DNA of 64,000 nucleotides, from contig JACPHO010000001.1 in assembly GCA_016188545.1 (NCBI GenBank), positions 419,324 through 483,323 of the forward strand, given 5' to 3'. The notes beneath the pieces were generated by a model. It was not told where the DNA came from. It was given only the letters and a program-made list of their open reading frames with translations, and did not search any database. The position numbers and the translations under genes are program-made. Below, one piece after another: positions 28,580 to 38,874 of this stretch (the first letter of the stretch is position 1; each line of letters opens with the position of its first letter). The stretch comes from Candidatus Shapirobacteria bacterium. Lineage in GTDB: Bacteria > Patescibacteriota > Microgenomatia > UBA12405.

Positions 28580-29451
28580 AAAAAATTTCAGTCATAGTCA
28601 CCAATTGGAACACCATCAATTTACTTCAGATGTACTTTATTCATGTTGTCGAAAACTCACCAGAGGCTGATGAAATTATATTTGCAGACGACGCCTCACT
28701 AGACGAAAGTGTCGCCTACATACACACCCTTCAAAAAAAAAACCCAAAAATACGCATTATCACCCACAAGGATAATGTCGGGTTTGGCAAAAACTCAAAC
28801 AATGCTGTAAAAGCAGCCAAAGGTGAATACGTTGTCCTTTTAAACAGCGATATTCTTCCACATAAAGGCTATATCACTTCCGCCTATAAACATATGAGTG
28901 ATCCAAAAGTTTTTGGAGTCGGATTTTGTGAGCTTGGTAACGAAAACTGGTCTCGTATATTTTGGAAAGATGGCTATCTCCAATACAATCGCGGCCAGCC
29001 AGTCAACAAATTACATATCAGCGGCTGGATCTCCGGTGGAGGTGCCATTATAGACAAGGAAAAATTCTTAAAACTAGGCGGCTTTGATAATGTCTATGCA
29101 CCCTTCTATTCTGAGGATGTTGACCTAGGTTACCGCGCCTGGAAATCAGGATACACCCTCCTGTGGGATCCTCAAAGTATTATCGAACATAAGCACAAAT
29201 CAACTATGTCCAAGTTTCCCAAGCGCCATCTAGACTATGTCAAAGAACGTAACCGACTTCTAACTGTTTGGCGCAACATAACTGACCCAAAACTCCTCAG
29301 AGAAAATAATATTACCCAATTTTTCCGAGTAGCCTTTGGACCAAACTACATTAAGATAATCATGGCTGCTAAACGTCAAATAAAATCCAATCCGCCTCCA
29401 ATTGTTTTTCCCGTCAGAACGGACCAGGAAATTTTTGACATGTTCAAATGA
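28576..29451 (+). CDS. Glycosyltransferase family 2 (contains an A10 homopolymer)
   Basis: ISVIVTNWNT...DDASLDES...LLNSDI. A10 run at 28733-28742 inside the CDS. Confidence 0.72.
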   Translation: MKKISVIVTNWNTINLLQMYFIHVVENSPEADEIIFADDASLDESVAYIHTLQKKNPKIRIITHKDNVGFGKNSNNAVKAAKGEYVVLLNSDILPHKGYITSAYKHMSDPKVFGVGFCELGNENWSRIFWKDGYLQYNRGQPVNKLHISGWISGGGAIIDKEKFLKLGGFDNVYAPFYSEDVDLGYRAWKSGYTLLWDPQSIIEHKHKSTMSKFPKRHLDYVKERNRLLTVWRNITDPKLLRENNITQFFRVAFGPNYIKIIMAAKRQIKSNPPPIVFPVRTDQEIFDMFK

Positions 29452-30920
29452 CATCCACTGGGCTTCACTACTTCTTATTCTTCGTTGTCCTTGTAACAGC
29501 TTTCTTTTGTTTCACCTTTAAGCTCCTCCAGATTCCACCTGGCTTGGAAACCGATGAGGGCTCTATAGCCTATAATTCCATTCTCATTTCTCAAAATCTT
29601 CGAGATCAAAATAAGCGATTTTTACCTTTTTTTATTCTATCTAGTGACCGCGTTGACTGGAAACAACCAGTATTAATCTATTCATCTGCTATTTTTTTAA
29701 AAATCTTTGGTGCTAGTCTCACTGGATTTAAACTAGTTAATGTGCTGTATTCTATCGGAGCAACTTTGCTAATTTATTTAATTGCTAGATTACTGATCAA
29801 GGAAAAAAACTACGCACTTTTTGCTATGGCTCTATATGCCATCTCACCGATAGTTATTTCCACTACCCGTATTGGGAATGAAAGTATTCTTCCGGCATTT
29901 TTCGGTTCACTTTGGTTACTATTAATCACTTTGTATTATAAAAAAAATCAAAATAGCTACTTATTTCTAGGAGCTTTAGCCCTTGGAATCGGTTTCTACA
30001 GTTTCAAGGGAATGCGGATTATAATTCCCGTTTGGTCAATTTTGACAATTTTCTTAATCGCGATAAAAAATAGTTTTTCCAAAACCTCTCTCAAGCCTAT
30101 TCTCATCTTCGGATTAACCATGGCTCCTTTTGCTCTTATAATTCCACTTTTAGAATCTAAGTATCCCGGAGCTATCTTTGATAGAAGCTCCATTCCCATT
30201 GAAGGATATCGTTACTACCTTCATTATTGGCTCGCCAATATCAACCTATATGCCTTATTTTCCGAGGCTGATATCGGCAAGATTTATGAAATGAAATATT
30301 TTGGGGCCATGCTGATAAGTACCATGCCCTTACTAATTCTTGGTATCTATGCCCTGGCAATTAAAACCACTTTACACCGATTCATACTGGCTGTCTTTTT
30401 TCTTACCCCAATACTCTTTGGAATTGCCAAATCCACCGAATACGGTCACCGCTTAGTTTCACTAGTTCCCCTCTACTCTCTAATCAGCACTTTTGGGATT
30501 CGCCATATAATTGTTTCCAAACACTTTAAATACAAACAACTATCCTTAATACTTTTAACATTATTTATCGCCTTCAATTCCCTAGATTTTTTCAACTATT
30601 ACTTTTTTGTATATCCAAAACAAATAACCACCCAAAAAGCCTTTTCCAATAACTATTATCCTTTATTCTTAGACCTTTCAAAAGAGTCCCAAGCCAGAAA
30701 CCTTGAACCATATATTCAGTCCGACTTATATTTTGGTCACAATGATGCCAACTTATTTTACGAACAAGCCTATTTTAAAAAACCCATCAACATCTGGAAA
30801 TTAGGTGATCCTATGCCACCAAGGTCAATTCTACTCACCCAGCTAAACCATCTTGATAACGCCACGACCTTAAGAAACGTTTCCACTTTCCCCGATTCAT
30901 ATCTATTAATCACACCATAA
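29448..30920 (+). CDS. ArnT/PMT-family GT-C membrane glycosyltransferase
   Basis: Loop PGLETDEGSIAYNSI carries the DE motif. Multi-TM. A9 run at 29940-29948. Confidence 0.55.
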   Translation: MTSTGLHYFLFFVVLVTAFFCFTFKLLQIPPGLETDEGSIAYNSILISQNLRDQNKRFLPFFILSSDRVDWKQPVLIYSSAIFLKIFGASLTGFKLVNVLYSIGATLLIYLIARLLIKEKNYALFAMALYAISPIVISTTRIGNESILPAFFGSLWLLLITLYYKKNQNSYLFLGALALGIGFYSFKGMRIIIPVWSILTIFLIAIKNSFSKTSLKPILIFGLTMAPFALIIPLLESKYPGAIFDRSSIPIEGYRYYLHYWLANINLYALFSEADIGKIYEMKYFGAMLISTMPLLILGIYALAIKTTLHRFILAVFFLTPILFGIAKSTEYGHRLVSLVPLYSLISTFGIRHIIVSKHFKYKQLSLILLTLFIAFNSLDFFNYYFFVYPKQITTQKAFSNNYYPLFLDLSKESQARNLEPYIQSDLYFGHNDANLFYEQAYFKKPINIWKLGDPMPPRSILLTQLNHLDNATTLRNVSTFPDSYLLITP

Positions 30921-33076
30921 TGTGGTTTTTAGTTTTAGTTTGGAGTGTCTTTTTTTCGCCCTGGATATTTAATCACCTCCATCCTATTCCAAGTGATATT
31001 ATCGCCGGCATGTATTACCCATTTATCGAACAAAAACTAGGACCAGCCGCCGGGATACCAGTCAAAAACCCATTGCTAACTGATACAGTGTCTCAATTTT
31101 GGATCTGGCGAAACTGGGCCATTAACACCCTTAAAGCTGGTGATATAGCGATTTGGAATCCATATTCACTGTCAGGCCAACCAATGTCACCATGGTTTCA
31201 TACCATTCTTTTTTCTCCTCTGAACGTTTTTTATTTTATTTTCAACACTATCAATGCCATGTCAGCGATTGTGGCAGCGCAACTGCTAATCTCACTTATT
31301 TTTTCGTATCTATTTCTCAAAAAAATTACCGCCTCTTCTACAGCGTCAGTTTTTGGCAGTATCTCATTTTCATTTTCCTCGTACTTTATCGGCTGGTTAA
31401 CTTGGGGGACTATCTCAGCCACCTTAGCATTCATCCCCCTTTCTCTTTATGCAGTTCTAAAAACAAAAGAATCTAATCACTTCGGATACAAACTTTTATT
31501 ATTTATTAGCCATCTTTTTGCGTTACTCTCTGGTCATCCTCAAACTTATCTTTACTATTTAATTATTGTCACATCATTTATTTTTTCTCAAAAATTACTT
31601 AAAAAAACTATTCCGAATCTCATTTTATCGCTGGCGGCGAGTTCTTTTGTTCTTTTGCCTAGCACCAATATCTTAAGCCATTCGATCCGCTCACTTGATC
31701 AGTTTATAAAAAGCAATAATTATGGATTTATCCATCCATTCGAAATTATCTGTTCTCTGATAACTCCCGGTTTTTTTGGAACTCCAGCCACTTATAATTA
31801 CTGGGGCATTTATTCAAACTTTCAAGAAAAATTAGTTTGGTTTGGGATAGTTCCTTTTACATTTTGCATTAGCTGGATTATTGATAAGTTTAAGAATAAG
31901 AAATTCGAAGCTGTCGATAAGTGGTTAGCCTTCCTCTTTATTGCCGGGATCTTACTATCCACCAAGTATCCAGTCGGGTTCCTGGTCTACAAACTAAATA
32001 TTCCCTTATTATCAACCTCACCCGCCGGAAGGGGAATCATATTAACCATATTTAGTGGTGTCGTTATGGCAACCAAGCACCTTTCCTCTGGAAAAAAGGT
32101 AAACTTTGTTCTTCCGTTCACAGTAATAGCTTCGCTGTTTTTATCAATATTTATTTACAAATATTCTGGGCTAGTAGAACCTCAAAACTATTCCGTATCC
32201 ATTCGTAATCTGAGTCTTTCTACCGGAATACTTTTTCTATTGTTTGTCCTAGGTATTTTCAAAGGCAAGTTATTTCATGTGGCCGTAATCTGCTTAACCG
32301 TAATTGACTTACTATATTTTTCAATAAAATATACTCCTTTTGCACCTAAGTCATATTTTTTCCCAAAAAATGATTTACTTGATAGCATCCGACCCACAGA
32401 CGACTATTATCGAATTGAAAGAGAAAAGTCAGAACTGCTACCTCCAAATATGTGGCAAGCCTACAATCTCAGCTCTTCCCAAGGCTATGATCCAACACTT
32501 AGCTATTCTTATCTGAAATATCTCCAACTAGAAAAACTTGTCATTGACCCCACTCGTTTTATTGAGTGGAAAACTGATGAAATACCCCTACTTAGTGAAC
32601 TTGGTGTCAAATACGCCTTGGTACTCAAAAAAGATCAGGATAATCACATCAGCCCTAATGGATTGCCACCTCAAACACTTTTAGATGATGGTTGGAAACT
32701 ATATAAGGAGTCCGGTTCGGTTGCTGTGATGACCAATCCCAACTACAAACCCCTTTATCATTTGACACACCCCGGTTCACTAAAGCTAATAAACAAAACC
32801 GATAGTACTTGGGAATTTAAAATATCTACCTCAACAAAAAATAGTTTAGTAATTTTTGAAAACAATGACCCATCAAACTGGTTAGCCAATATCGGTACCA
32901 AAGATATCGTAGTAACAAATTACAAAGGAGCATTTAAATCTGTTGATTTACCTTCTGGAGAATATAACCTCATTCTAAGATATATAAACCGACCATTCTT
33001 ATATGGTATTTACATTTCGTTTCTATCTGTCATAGCCTTTATAATATATTTATACATAATCAGAAAAAAACCATGA
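30920..33076 (+). CDS. YfhO-like large GT-C membrane protein (718 aa) with C-terminal extracytoplasmic domain
   Basis: ~14 TM segments followed by a ~250 aa soluble C-terminal domain and a final TM anchor. The size and layout resemble YfhO. Confidence 0.45.
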   Translation: MWFLVLVWSVFFSPWIFNHLHPIPSDIIAGMYYPFIEQKLGPAAGIPVKNPLLTDTVSQFWIWRNWAINTLKAGDIAIWNPYSLSGQPMSPWFHTILFSPLNVFYFIFNTINAMSAIVAAQLLISLIFSYLFLKKITASSTASVFGSISFSFSSYFIGWLTWGTISATLAFIPLSLYAVLKTKESNHFGYKLLLFISHLFALLSGHPQTYLYYLIIVTSFIFSQKLLKKTIPNLILSLAASSFVLLPSTNILSHSIRSLDQFIKSNNYGFIHPFEIICSLITPGFFGTPATYNYWGIYSNFQEKLVWFGIVPFTFCISWIIDKFKNKKFEAVDKWLAFLFIAGILLSTKYPVGFLVYKLNIPLLSTSPAGRGIILTIFSGVVMATKHLSSGKKVNFVLPFTVIASLFLSIFIYKYSGLVEPQNYSVSIRNLSLSTGILFLLFVLGIFKGKLFHVAVICLTVIDLLYFSIKYTPFAPKSYFFPKNDLLDSIRPTDDYYRIEREKSELLPPNMWQAYNLSSSQGYDPTLSYSYLKYLQLEKLVIDPTRFIEWKTDEIPLLSELGVKYALVLKKDQDNHISPNGLPPQTLLDDGWKLYKESGSVAVMTNPNYKPLYHLTHPGSLKLINKTDSTWEFKISTSTKNSLVIFENNDPSNWLANIGTKDIVVTNYKGAFKSVDLPSGEYNLILRYINRPFLYGIYISFLSVIAFIIYLYIIRKKP

Positions 33077-33882
33077 AACCAAAACTTAGCATAATTATCC
33101 CCACCTGGAATACCGCCGATATTACCCTAAAGTGTATCGACACTCTTCTCAAACACACTCCAAAATGTTTTCTCCAAATAATTATAGTTGATAACGGCTC
33201 TACTGATGATACTCAACAAAAGATAGGTAAGTTAAAAGACATAACCTATGTCCGTAATGATTCTAATCTCGGTTTTAGTAAAGGTAATAACGTTGGTGCT
33301 AAAAAAGCAACTGCTGATACCTTGTTTTTTCTTAATTCCGATATGGAACTAATCGATAGCACCATTGTCGACATGGTGGAATATTTTCTTATCAATCCCA
33401 CTATTGGTTTACTTAGTCCCCGTTTTTTGAATCCCGATCTGACCCCACAAGGCTCGGTAATGCCACCTCAAAACGCCGTAAATGCATTTAAAGAGTATTG
33501 GCTGGGTCAAGAGAGCTCGTATACAAAATACACTCCGAAAACTACTTTGCCAGTACCAGTATGGGCAGTATCTGGCGGGGCAGTCATGATAAGTCTCAGC
33601 GACTACAAAAATGTTGGTGGGTGGGATGAAAAATATTTTTTTTATTACGAAGATTTAGAGCTTTGTCGTCAAATCCGCAATCTCGGAAAACAAGTCATCT
33701 ATTACCCCCAGTGCCAAGTAATTCATCGTCACGGTGCCTCTGGTACAGCGGTAGCCACTGCTCAAAACCAGTGGCGCAGACTTATTCCTAGCAGTATAAA
33801 ATATCATGGCTATTTCACCCACTATTTGATCAATGGAGTTATCTGGCTAAGTCAAAAGCTTCACTTACCCTTAACTAAGTAA
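33073..33882 (+). CDS. Glycosyltransferase family 2
   Basis: LSIIIPTWNTADITLKCI...VDNGSTDDT...LNSDM. Confidence 0.72.
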   Translation: MKPKLSIIIPTWNTADITLKCIDTLLKHTPKCFLQIIIVDNGSTDDTQQKIGKLKDITYVRNDSNLGFSKGNNVGAKKATADTLFFLNSDMELIDSTIVDMVEYFLINPTIGLLSPRFLNPDLTPQGSVMPPQNAVNAFKEYWLGQESSYTKYTPKTTLPVPVWAVSGGAVMISLSDYKNVGGWDEKYFFYYEDLELCRQIRNLGKQVIYYPQCQVIHRHGASGTAVATAQNQWRRLIPSSIKYHGYFTHYLINGVIWLSQKLHLPLTK

Positions 33883-35438
33883 AACACACTGTTCCCATAA
33901 AAATTCCGGACTGTTTTAAGCACCTCAGCATTTTCAGGAGGCTCTTTCTCCAAGTCTCTCAAACCACCGATGTTCTTTTCCTGAGAAAGTAAGTAAAGAG
34001 TCTTATCGTCCAAGTGATTGATGTCAAGATTGTTACTAAAATCCATAAAACACACCTTATCAACACAATAGTTACCCTTATCTTCTAGATCCATAATTAC
34101 TGCTGGGTCAACTCTATTCCAAAACAAATATCGAATTAGTGCCGGTTCATAAGTATTATCAATTAGTACGTGCTCATATGTATCCTTATTTTCATATACA
34201 TAACTCATCGCCGCTTTATACCCAGTATGCCACCATCGCCAAGATTCAGTCCTATAAAAACCCCAATAATAATATTGAAAAAATACAAATTCAAAAACCA
34301 ACACCAACCCCACCAGAATACGCCAATTTTTACCAATCTCTCCAATCCCTTTTGCCGCCAAATAACATAACGGAAATACCAACAAGAACAGCCTGGAACC
34401 ATGGTTATAACCATCAAAAGTCAAACTAGAAGGTATCGGCGCAATCAATAGCCATAACACCATAACTTTATTTGCACTCATTAATCCAATGATGATCAGT
34501 GGCAACATAATCCAATAGAAATAACCTACTTGATGCAGTGAATGTCTAAAGGTCACATCACCAGTTCTAAACAAGAAATCACCAGAAAATGCGTTCGAGT
34601 AATTGAACAATACTCTACGAAATGAAACGTTGTACTTGTTAAAAAAAATCTTTGAGACAAATGAAGAATTATCAGCATTACGATAATCATTGATCTGGGC
34701 GATAATCTCTTTGTTATTGGTAATAGAGACCTTTGAAAACCTCTCAGCAGCATGCCCAAAAAATATTTGGAGTATTAAAGGTAAACATATTAGTATCCCC
34801 GAAACTACCAAAATGGCAGTTTGCTTAAAACTAGCTTTATATATAAGCAATATAACAACACAGAATAATGGTACGTAAATGTTTGCTGTATTGTAGGTAT
34901 ATATTGCAACTGATAAAAGTAATGCAGCTAAAATAATTTGAGTATTTTTCTTCTCAGCTATTCCTATATGCAGAAATGTAATCCCCAATATTAAAACAGC
35001 AGCTAATAATGTCAGCTCAAATGCCGACCGGCTATATTGTATATGCCATGGAGATATTGCTAAAAACAAGACCGACAATAGAGCCACACTTTTTTTTGCT
35101 TTTAATCGAATTAACAACCAGTAAAAACCTATGATAGACAACATTCCAAAAAATACCGGACCAGTCCGTACCCCCCACTCATTTAATCCAAATAACTTTA
35201 TAAAAGGCACCATCGCATACATCATCCCCGGAGCTCTCCATTCCGAAAAGCTTTCCATGTAAGGTGGTAACAGGTTTCCTCTATAATCCCGACCATGTAA
35301 TAGTATCGAGTAGCTCTGATATCCAGCATCTACCTCGTCACCAAAAAGCTCGAGATAATCCAGTTGATACAACCGCAGTCCCATTGCCAATAGCAATATC
35401 AACACTAACCAAATATTTTTTTTGATGATACTCACCAT
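33861..35438 (-). CDS. ArnT/PMT-family GT-C membrane glycosyltransferase (DE-loop subfamily)
   Basis: FGDEVDAGYQSYSILLHGRDYRGNLLP...FIKLFGLNEWGVRTGPVFFG resembles the ArnT N-terminal loop. Confidence 0.6.
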   Translation of the reverse strand: MVSIIKKNIWLVLILLLAMGLRLYQLDYLELFGDEVDAGYQSYSILLHGRDYRGNLLPPYMESFSEWRAPGMMYAMVPFIKLFGLNEWGVRTGPVFFGMLSIIGFYWLLIRLKAKKSVALLSVLFLAISPWHIQYSRSAFELTLLAAVLILGITFLHIGIAEKKNTQIILAALLLSVAIYTYNTANIYVPLFCVVILLIYKASFKQTAILVVSGILICLPLILQIFFGHAAERFSKVSITNNKEIIAQINDYRNADNSSFVSKIFFNKYNVSFRRVLFNYSNAFSGDFLFRTGDVTFRHSLHQVGYFYWIMLPLIIIGLMSANKVMVLWLLIAPIPSSLTFDGYNHGSRLFLLVFPLCYLAAKGIGEIGKNWRILVGLVLVFEFVFFQYYYWGFYRTESWRWWHTGYKAAMSYVYENKDTYEHVLIDNTYEPALIRYLFWNRVDPAVIMDLEDKGNYCVDKVCFMDFSNNLDINHLDDKTLYLLSQEKNIGGLRDLEKEPPENAEVLKTVRNFYGNSVFYLVKGK

Positions 35439-36016
35439 ACTGCCAACACCGAAACCGCTAATGGCAACAATAAAACAATTGGCTGGGACATAACCTTAGA
35501 CATAATGTCTACAAGGCGGGTCATGACGGCACTCACACTGTTCGAATCATAATACTGAATAATATTCACAACTTCATTTTTAGTACCAACCATCAGCTTT
35601 CCGTCAACGTATTTCGTCATTACTACTTCTACTACTAAGTTTTCACCATATACTACTCCTTTTGGCAAATCTACTCTCGCATGTGATGTATCACCTAAGT
35701 TAAAACCCGAGAAATCTTTTTGAACGACTTCAGTCCCGTCAGTCTTTAATATTCTTATCTTCAGCTCATCTCTACTTTCCAAATTAGGGTTTTTAAAAAG
35801 TACATCAATCCGCTCGAGTTCACTATAGCTAGTTCGAAAACTTGTCCTAAGTAAGCGTTTTTCAGACAAGTTATCAAAATAGGTCGGATAATTCTTTGAC
35901 TCTTCAACCGACAACTTTGATGGAATAATCGCTGCCACCATAAACAATCCACCGAGTATTAGTAAGCTACCAATCAACACCGTCAGAATTCTAGAGGTTC
36001 TATCTGTTTTTTTCAC
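35432..36016 (-). CDS. Hypothetical bitopic membrane protein embedded in the GT-C operon
   Basis: TM helices at both ends with a soluble middle. Overlaps both neighbouring genes. Confidence 0.35.
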   Translation of the reverse strand: MKKTDRTSRILTVLIGSLLILGGLFMVAAIIPSKLSVEESKNYPTYFDNLSEKRLLRTSFRTSYSELERIDVLFKNPNLESRDELKIRILKTDGTEVVQKDFSGFNLGDTSHARVDLPKGVVYGENLVVEVVMTKYVDGKLMVGTKNEVVNIIQYYDSNSVSAVMTRLVDIMSKVMSQPIVLLLPLAVSVLAVW

Positions 36017-37220
36017 TTAAAACTTTCCAAAACCAATAACCACTAAGAGCTGCTGCCAAACTATGGAGTAAGTTGGAAAGTAACACCACATCCACCCCAC
36101 GTCCGATCAAAACATCACGAATTAAAGGAAGATTTAAAAGTCCATTATTCAGAGGACTCAATATTCCCCAGTACAAAAATTTATCATCAAATAATAGCAC
36201 CACTCCAAACATCACCCCCACAATCATCAATAGACTTAAAAAATCCTTGCGTCTATGTGCCAGATAGATAGACATAAACGGCAAAACCCATATAAACCAC
36301 TGGGGATGAAAATGTATGAATCCCAAAATTATTAGATTAACTGCAACCAATAACTTAACAATATCTGTTAGAGATTTTCCCACTTTTCTTCTAATAGCCA
36401 CCAGTAATAATATCCCCAGCAGTAACGGTACTATCAATACCCGATCGCCTAGTCCTATATCGATTCCTGCTTCAAACATTCGTGTCGAGAGCCCTGAATA
36501 CAGTACTTCATTTCTAAAATATTCAAATTTTAAAAACGGCGCCATTGTCAGAAAATAAACCACAACACTCGTCACCGCCAACAGGACTCTTTTCCAAACC
36601 GGAAACCTGATATATGTCATCGCCAAATATATTGCCCAAATTAGTGGATATGTTTTAATCCCTCCAGCTATTCCAAAAATGACAAAGGCCACCCAAGGGT
36701 GAGCCGCCAGTAAATACCATCCCAACATAAATGGAGTGATAGCCAGCATATCGTTCTGACCCATTAGAACAGCACTGTATAAAGTGACTGGGTTAAATAA
36801 CCAAATAGTAGCTGCCAGTCTTGATTTATATTTGTCATATCCCTGCTGCAAACAAATTTTATATATTGTCCATCCAGTCAACAGCACCATCACTAATAAT
36901 GGAATTTTTGTAGCTAAGTTATAAAGGAATATGTTTGAGTCATCAAAAGCTTCATTGGCTCCCCGCCGCAACCAGCTATCAAGACCCTCCCCGCCAAACA
37001 TTCTTACAATTGGGTATTCCGCTTTTACCACCCAGTAGTGCACCGGAGGATAGTGAAACTTTGGTGCTGCATCATAGTTTGTATTCAAATAACTATATAT
37101 ATCCCATACTTTCCCGTTTCCTAGTGTCGCGTAATATAAAACCAGTTTATTATCAGGATGATAAGTAAACGGAGCAATAAGTAGATACAGTGTCGCCGCA
37201 AATAACAATATTTTTCTCAT
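36000..37220 (-). CDS. Polytopic membrane protein, possible GT87/DUF2029-like glycosyltransferase
   Basis: 406 aa, ~10 TM segments. Weak resemblance only. Confidence 0.35.
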   Translation of the reverse strand: MRKILLFAATLYLLIAPFTYHPDNKLVLYYATLGNGKVWDIYSYLNTNYDAAPKFHYPPVHYWVVKAEYPIVRMFGGEGLDSWLRRGANEAFDDSNIFLYNLATKIPLLVMVLLTGWTIYKICLQQGYDKYKSRLAATIWLFNPVTLYSAVLMGQNDMLAITPFMLGWYLLAAHPWVAFVIFGIAGGIKTYPLIWAIYLAMTYIRFPVWKRVLLAVTSVVVYFLTMAPFLKFEYFRNEVLYSGLSTRMFEAGIDIGLGDRVLIVPLLLGILLLVAIRRKVGKSLTDIVKLLVAVNLIILGFIHFHPQWFIWVLPFMSIYLAHRRKDFLSLLMIVGVMFGVVLLFDDKFLYWGILSPLNNGLLNLPLIRDVLIGRGVDVVLLSNLLHSLAAALSGYWFWKVLSEKNR

Positions 37221-37221
37221 C

Positions 37222-38874
37222 TTATTCGATGGTTATTATTCTGGCAGTATCGTATAAAGCATTCGGTACTACCATACGTAGTTTAGCACCTGGAATTGAC
37301 TCGATCTCTTCTTTGCTCATAGTATCGTCAGTCCAAACGATTGTATTCTTCAAGAGTCTATCTTTTGGCCAGTCGATTGGTCTAAATACAAACTTTTCAA
37401 AGTTAAAGTTGAGATTTCCCTCAATACCCGGTTTTGGCCGAATATCAGCATACTTATGAACAATATTCGGATCAATTTGTTGATAAAACAATACAAATAT
37501 AAAGCTCTGGGCATGAGGAGAATCAATAATCACCTGATCATAATCTTTTGACAATTCCTTAAGTTCCATCATTCCTTCTCTAAAACCTCCAGGCTGGTAT
37601 TCCCCATGATTTTCGTAAGCACTATAAAGAAGTTCGTTATTAATTGTATAAACCACAGTTACAAACATAACTGCTGCGATGACTCCATACCAAAGTTTGT
37701 TTTTGACTAGTCTTATTATCTCCACTGCACCTAATGCCACAATTATTTCAATTGCCGGGAAAATATTTAATGATCGAAGTGGGTGATACCAAGTCCAAGT
37801 AACTGCGGCTGGAGCAATTCCAGATATCATCCAATATATAAGGTAGCGGTGGAGAAATGATTTCCTTAGGTTTTTTATAACAACTATTAATCCAAACACA
37901 AATACAATTCCCTCTATCCACCCCAACATTCCCATACCAGGAATAAATTGTGGCGACATCTTAACCCAAGCGTAGATTCGGGAGTTCAAATTTATCGGAG
38001 AAAAATATGACATTATATGTCCACTCATAATTCCGCCAAAGTAATACAAAGCATTTGAATTGATAGACAAAAAGGGATTGTTTCCTTCTACTAACTCTTT
38101 AGGTGCGTAAGGATAAAATCGTTTGAAAACATTCTCTTGGTTAAACCGTGTCAATACCAAGCTGCTGTTTGCCATAAACACCGGTATAACCATTGCAACA
38201 AATAGCGCCACCATCCACCACATTTTTTTAATCCCTTTCAAAGTGGAAGTAATCACCTCAGAAACATTTTTCGTCCAAAACCATCTTAGAGGATCGATAC
38301 CCCACAGGATAATTAGAGCCGGTACACTAAGTCTGGCTGAGTGATAACTGTATGCTGACAGTCCGAAAAATAACAAACTCCAAAATATTTTTTTATTTTT
38401 AATCAGGTAGTACGCCCCCATCATAAAAAACGCTGATGACAGGTGAGTCTCAAATGCATTTCTAGAAAAATGCAATCTCCAAGGTTCGAATGATAACCAT
38501 AAAAATATCAGACTACAAACCAATTTGTCCTTAATAAAAACCGACAATAGTTTGTACAAAAACCACAACGAGACTATTCCCGCTAATGCAGATACCATTC
38601 GAACAGCTGACTCATTCAGCCCAAAAAGTTTTATAAAAGGAACAGTTAGATAGCCATACAGTGCTGGCTTAAAATCATTAAAAGAACGTAAAGATATTGG
38701 CAAAAAATTACCATACTCATCTTTCCCAGTCAGTAATAGTGAATAGGCGTTATAACCAAGTGCCGCTTCATCAAACCCCAGTGAAGGAGGGGACTTGTCC
38801 AAACCAGTAAAACGAAGCGCGACTCCTACCACCATAGTCACCACCACAATAATCATGGCTATTTTTTTTCTCAT
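37222..38874 (-). CDS. ArnT/PMT-family GT-C membrane glycosyltransferase (DE-loop subfamily)
   Basis: GFDEAALGYNAYSLLLTGKDEYGNFLPISLRSFNDFKP...FIKLFGLNESAVRM. Confidence 0.6.
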   Translation of the reverse strand: MRKKIAMIIVVVTMVVGVALRFTGLDKSPPSLGFDEAALGYNAYSLLLTGKDEYGNFLPISLRSFNDFKPALYGYLTVPFIKLFGLNESAVRMVSALAGIVSLWFLYKLLSVFIKDKLVCSLIFLWLSFEPWRLHFSRNAFETHLSSAFFMMGAYYLIKNKKIFWSLLFFGLSAYSYHSARLSVPALIILWGIDPLRWFWTKNVSEVITSTLKGIKKMWWMVALFVAMVIPVFMANSSLVLTRFNQENVFKRFYPYAPKELVEGNNPFLSINSNALYYFGGIMSGHIMSYFSPINLNSRIYAWVKMSPQFIPGMGMLGWIEGIVFVFGLIVVIKNLRKSFLHRYLIYWMISGIAPAAVTWTWYHPLRSLNIFPAIEIIVALGAVEIIRLVKNKLWYGVIAAVMFVTVVYTINNELLYSAYENHGEYQPGGFREGMMELKELSKDYDQVIIDSPHAQSFIFVLFYQQIDPNIVHKYADIRPKPGIEGNLNFNFEKFVFRPIDWPKDRLLKNTIVWTDDTMSKEEIESIPGAKLRMVVPNALYDTARIITIE

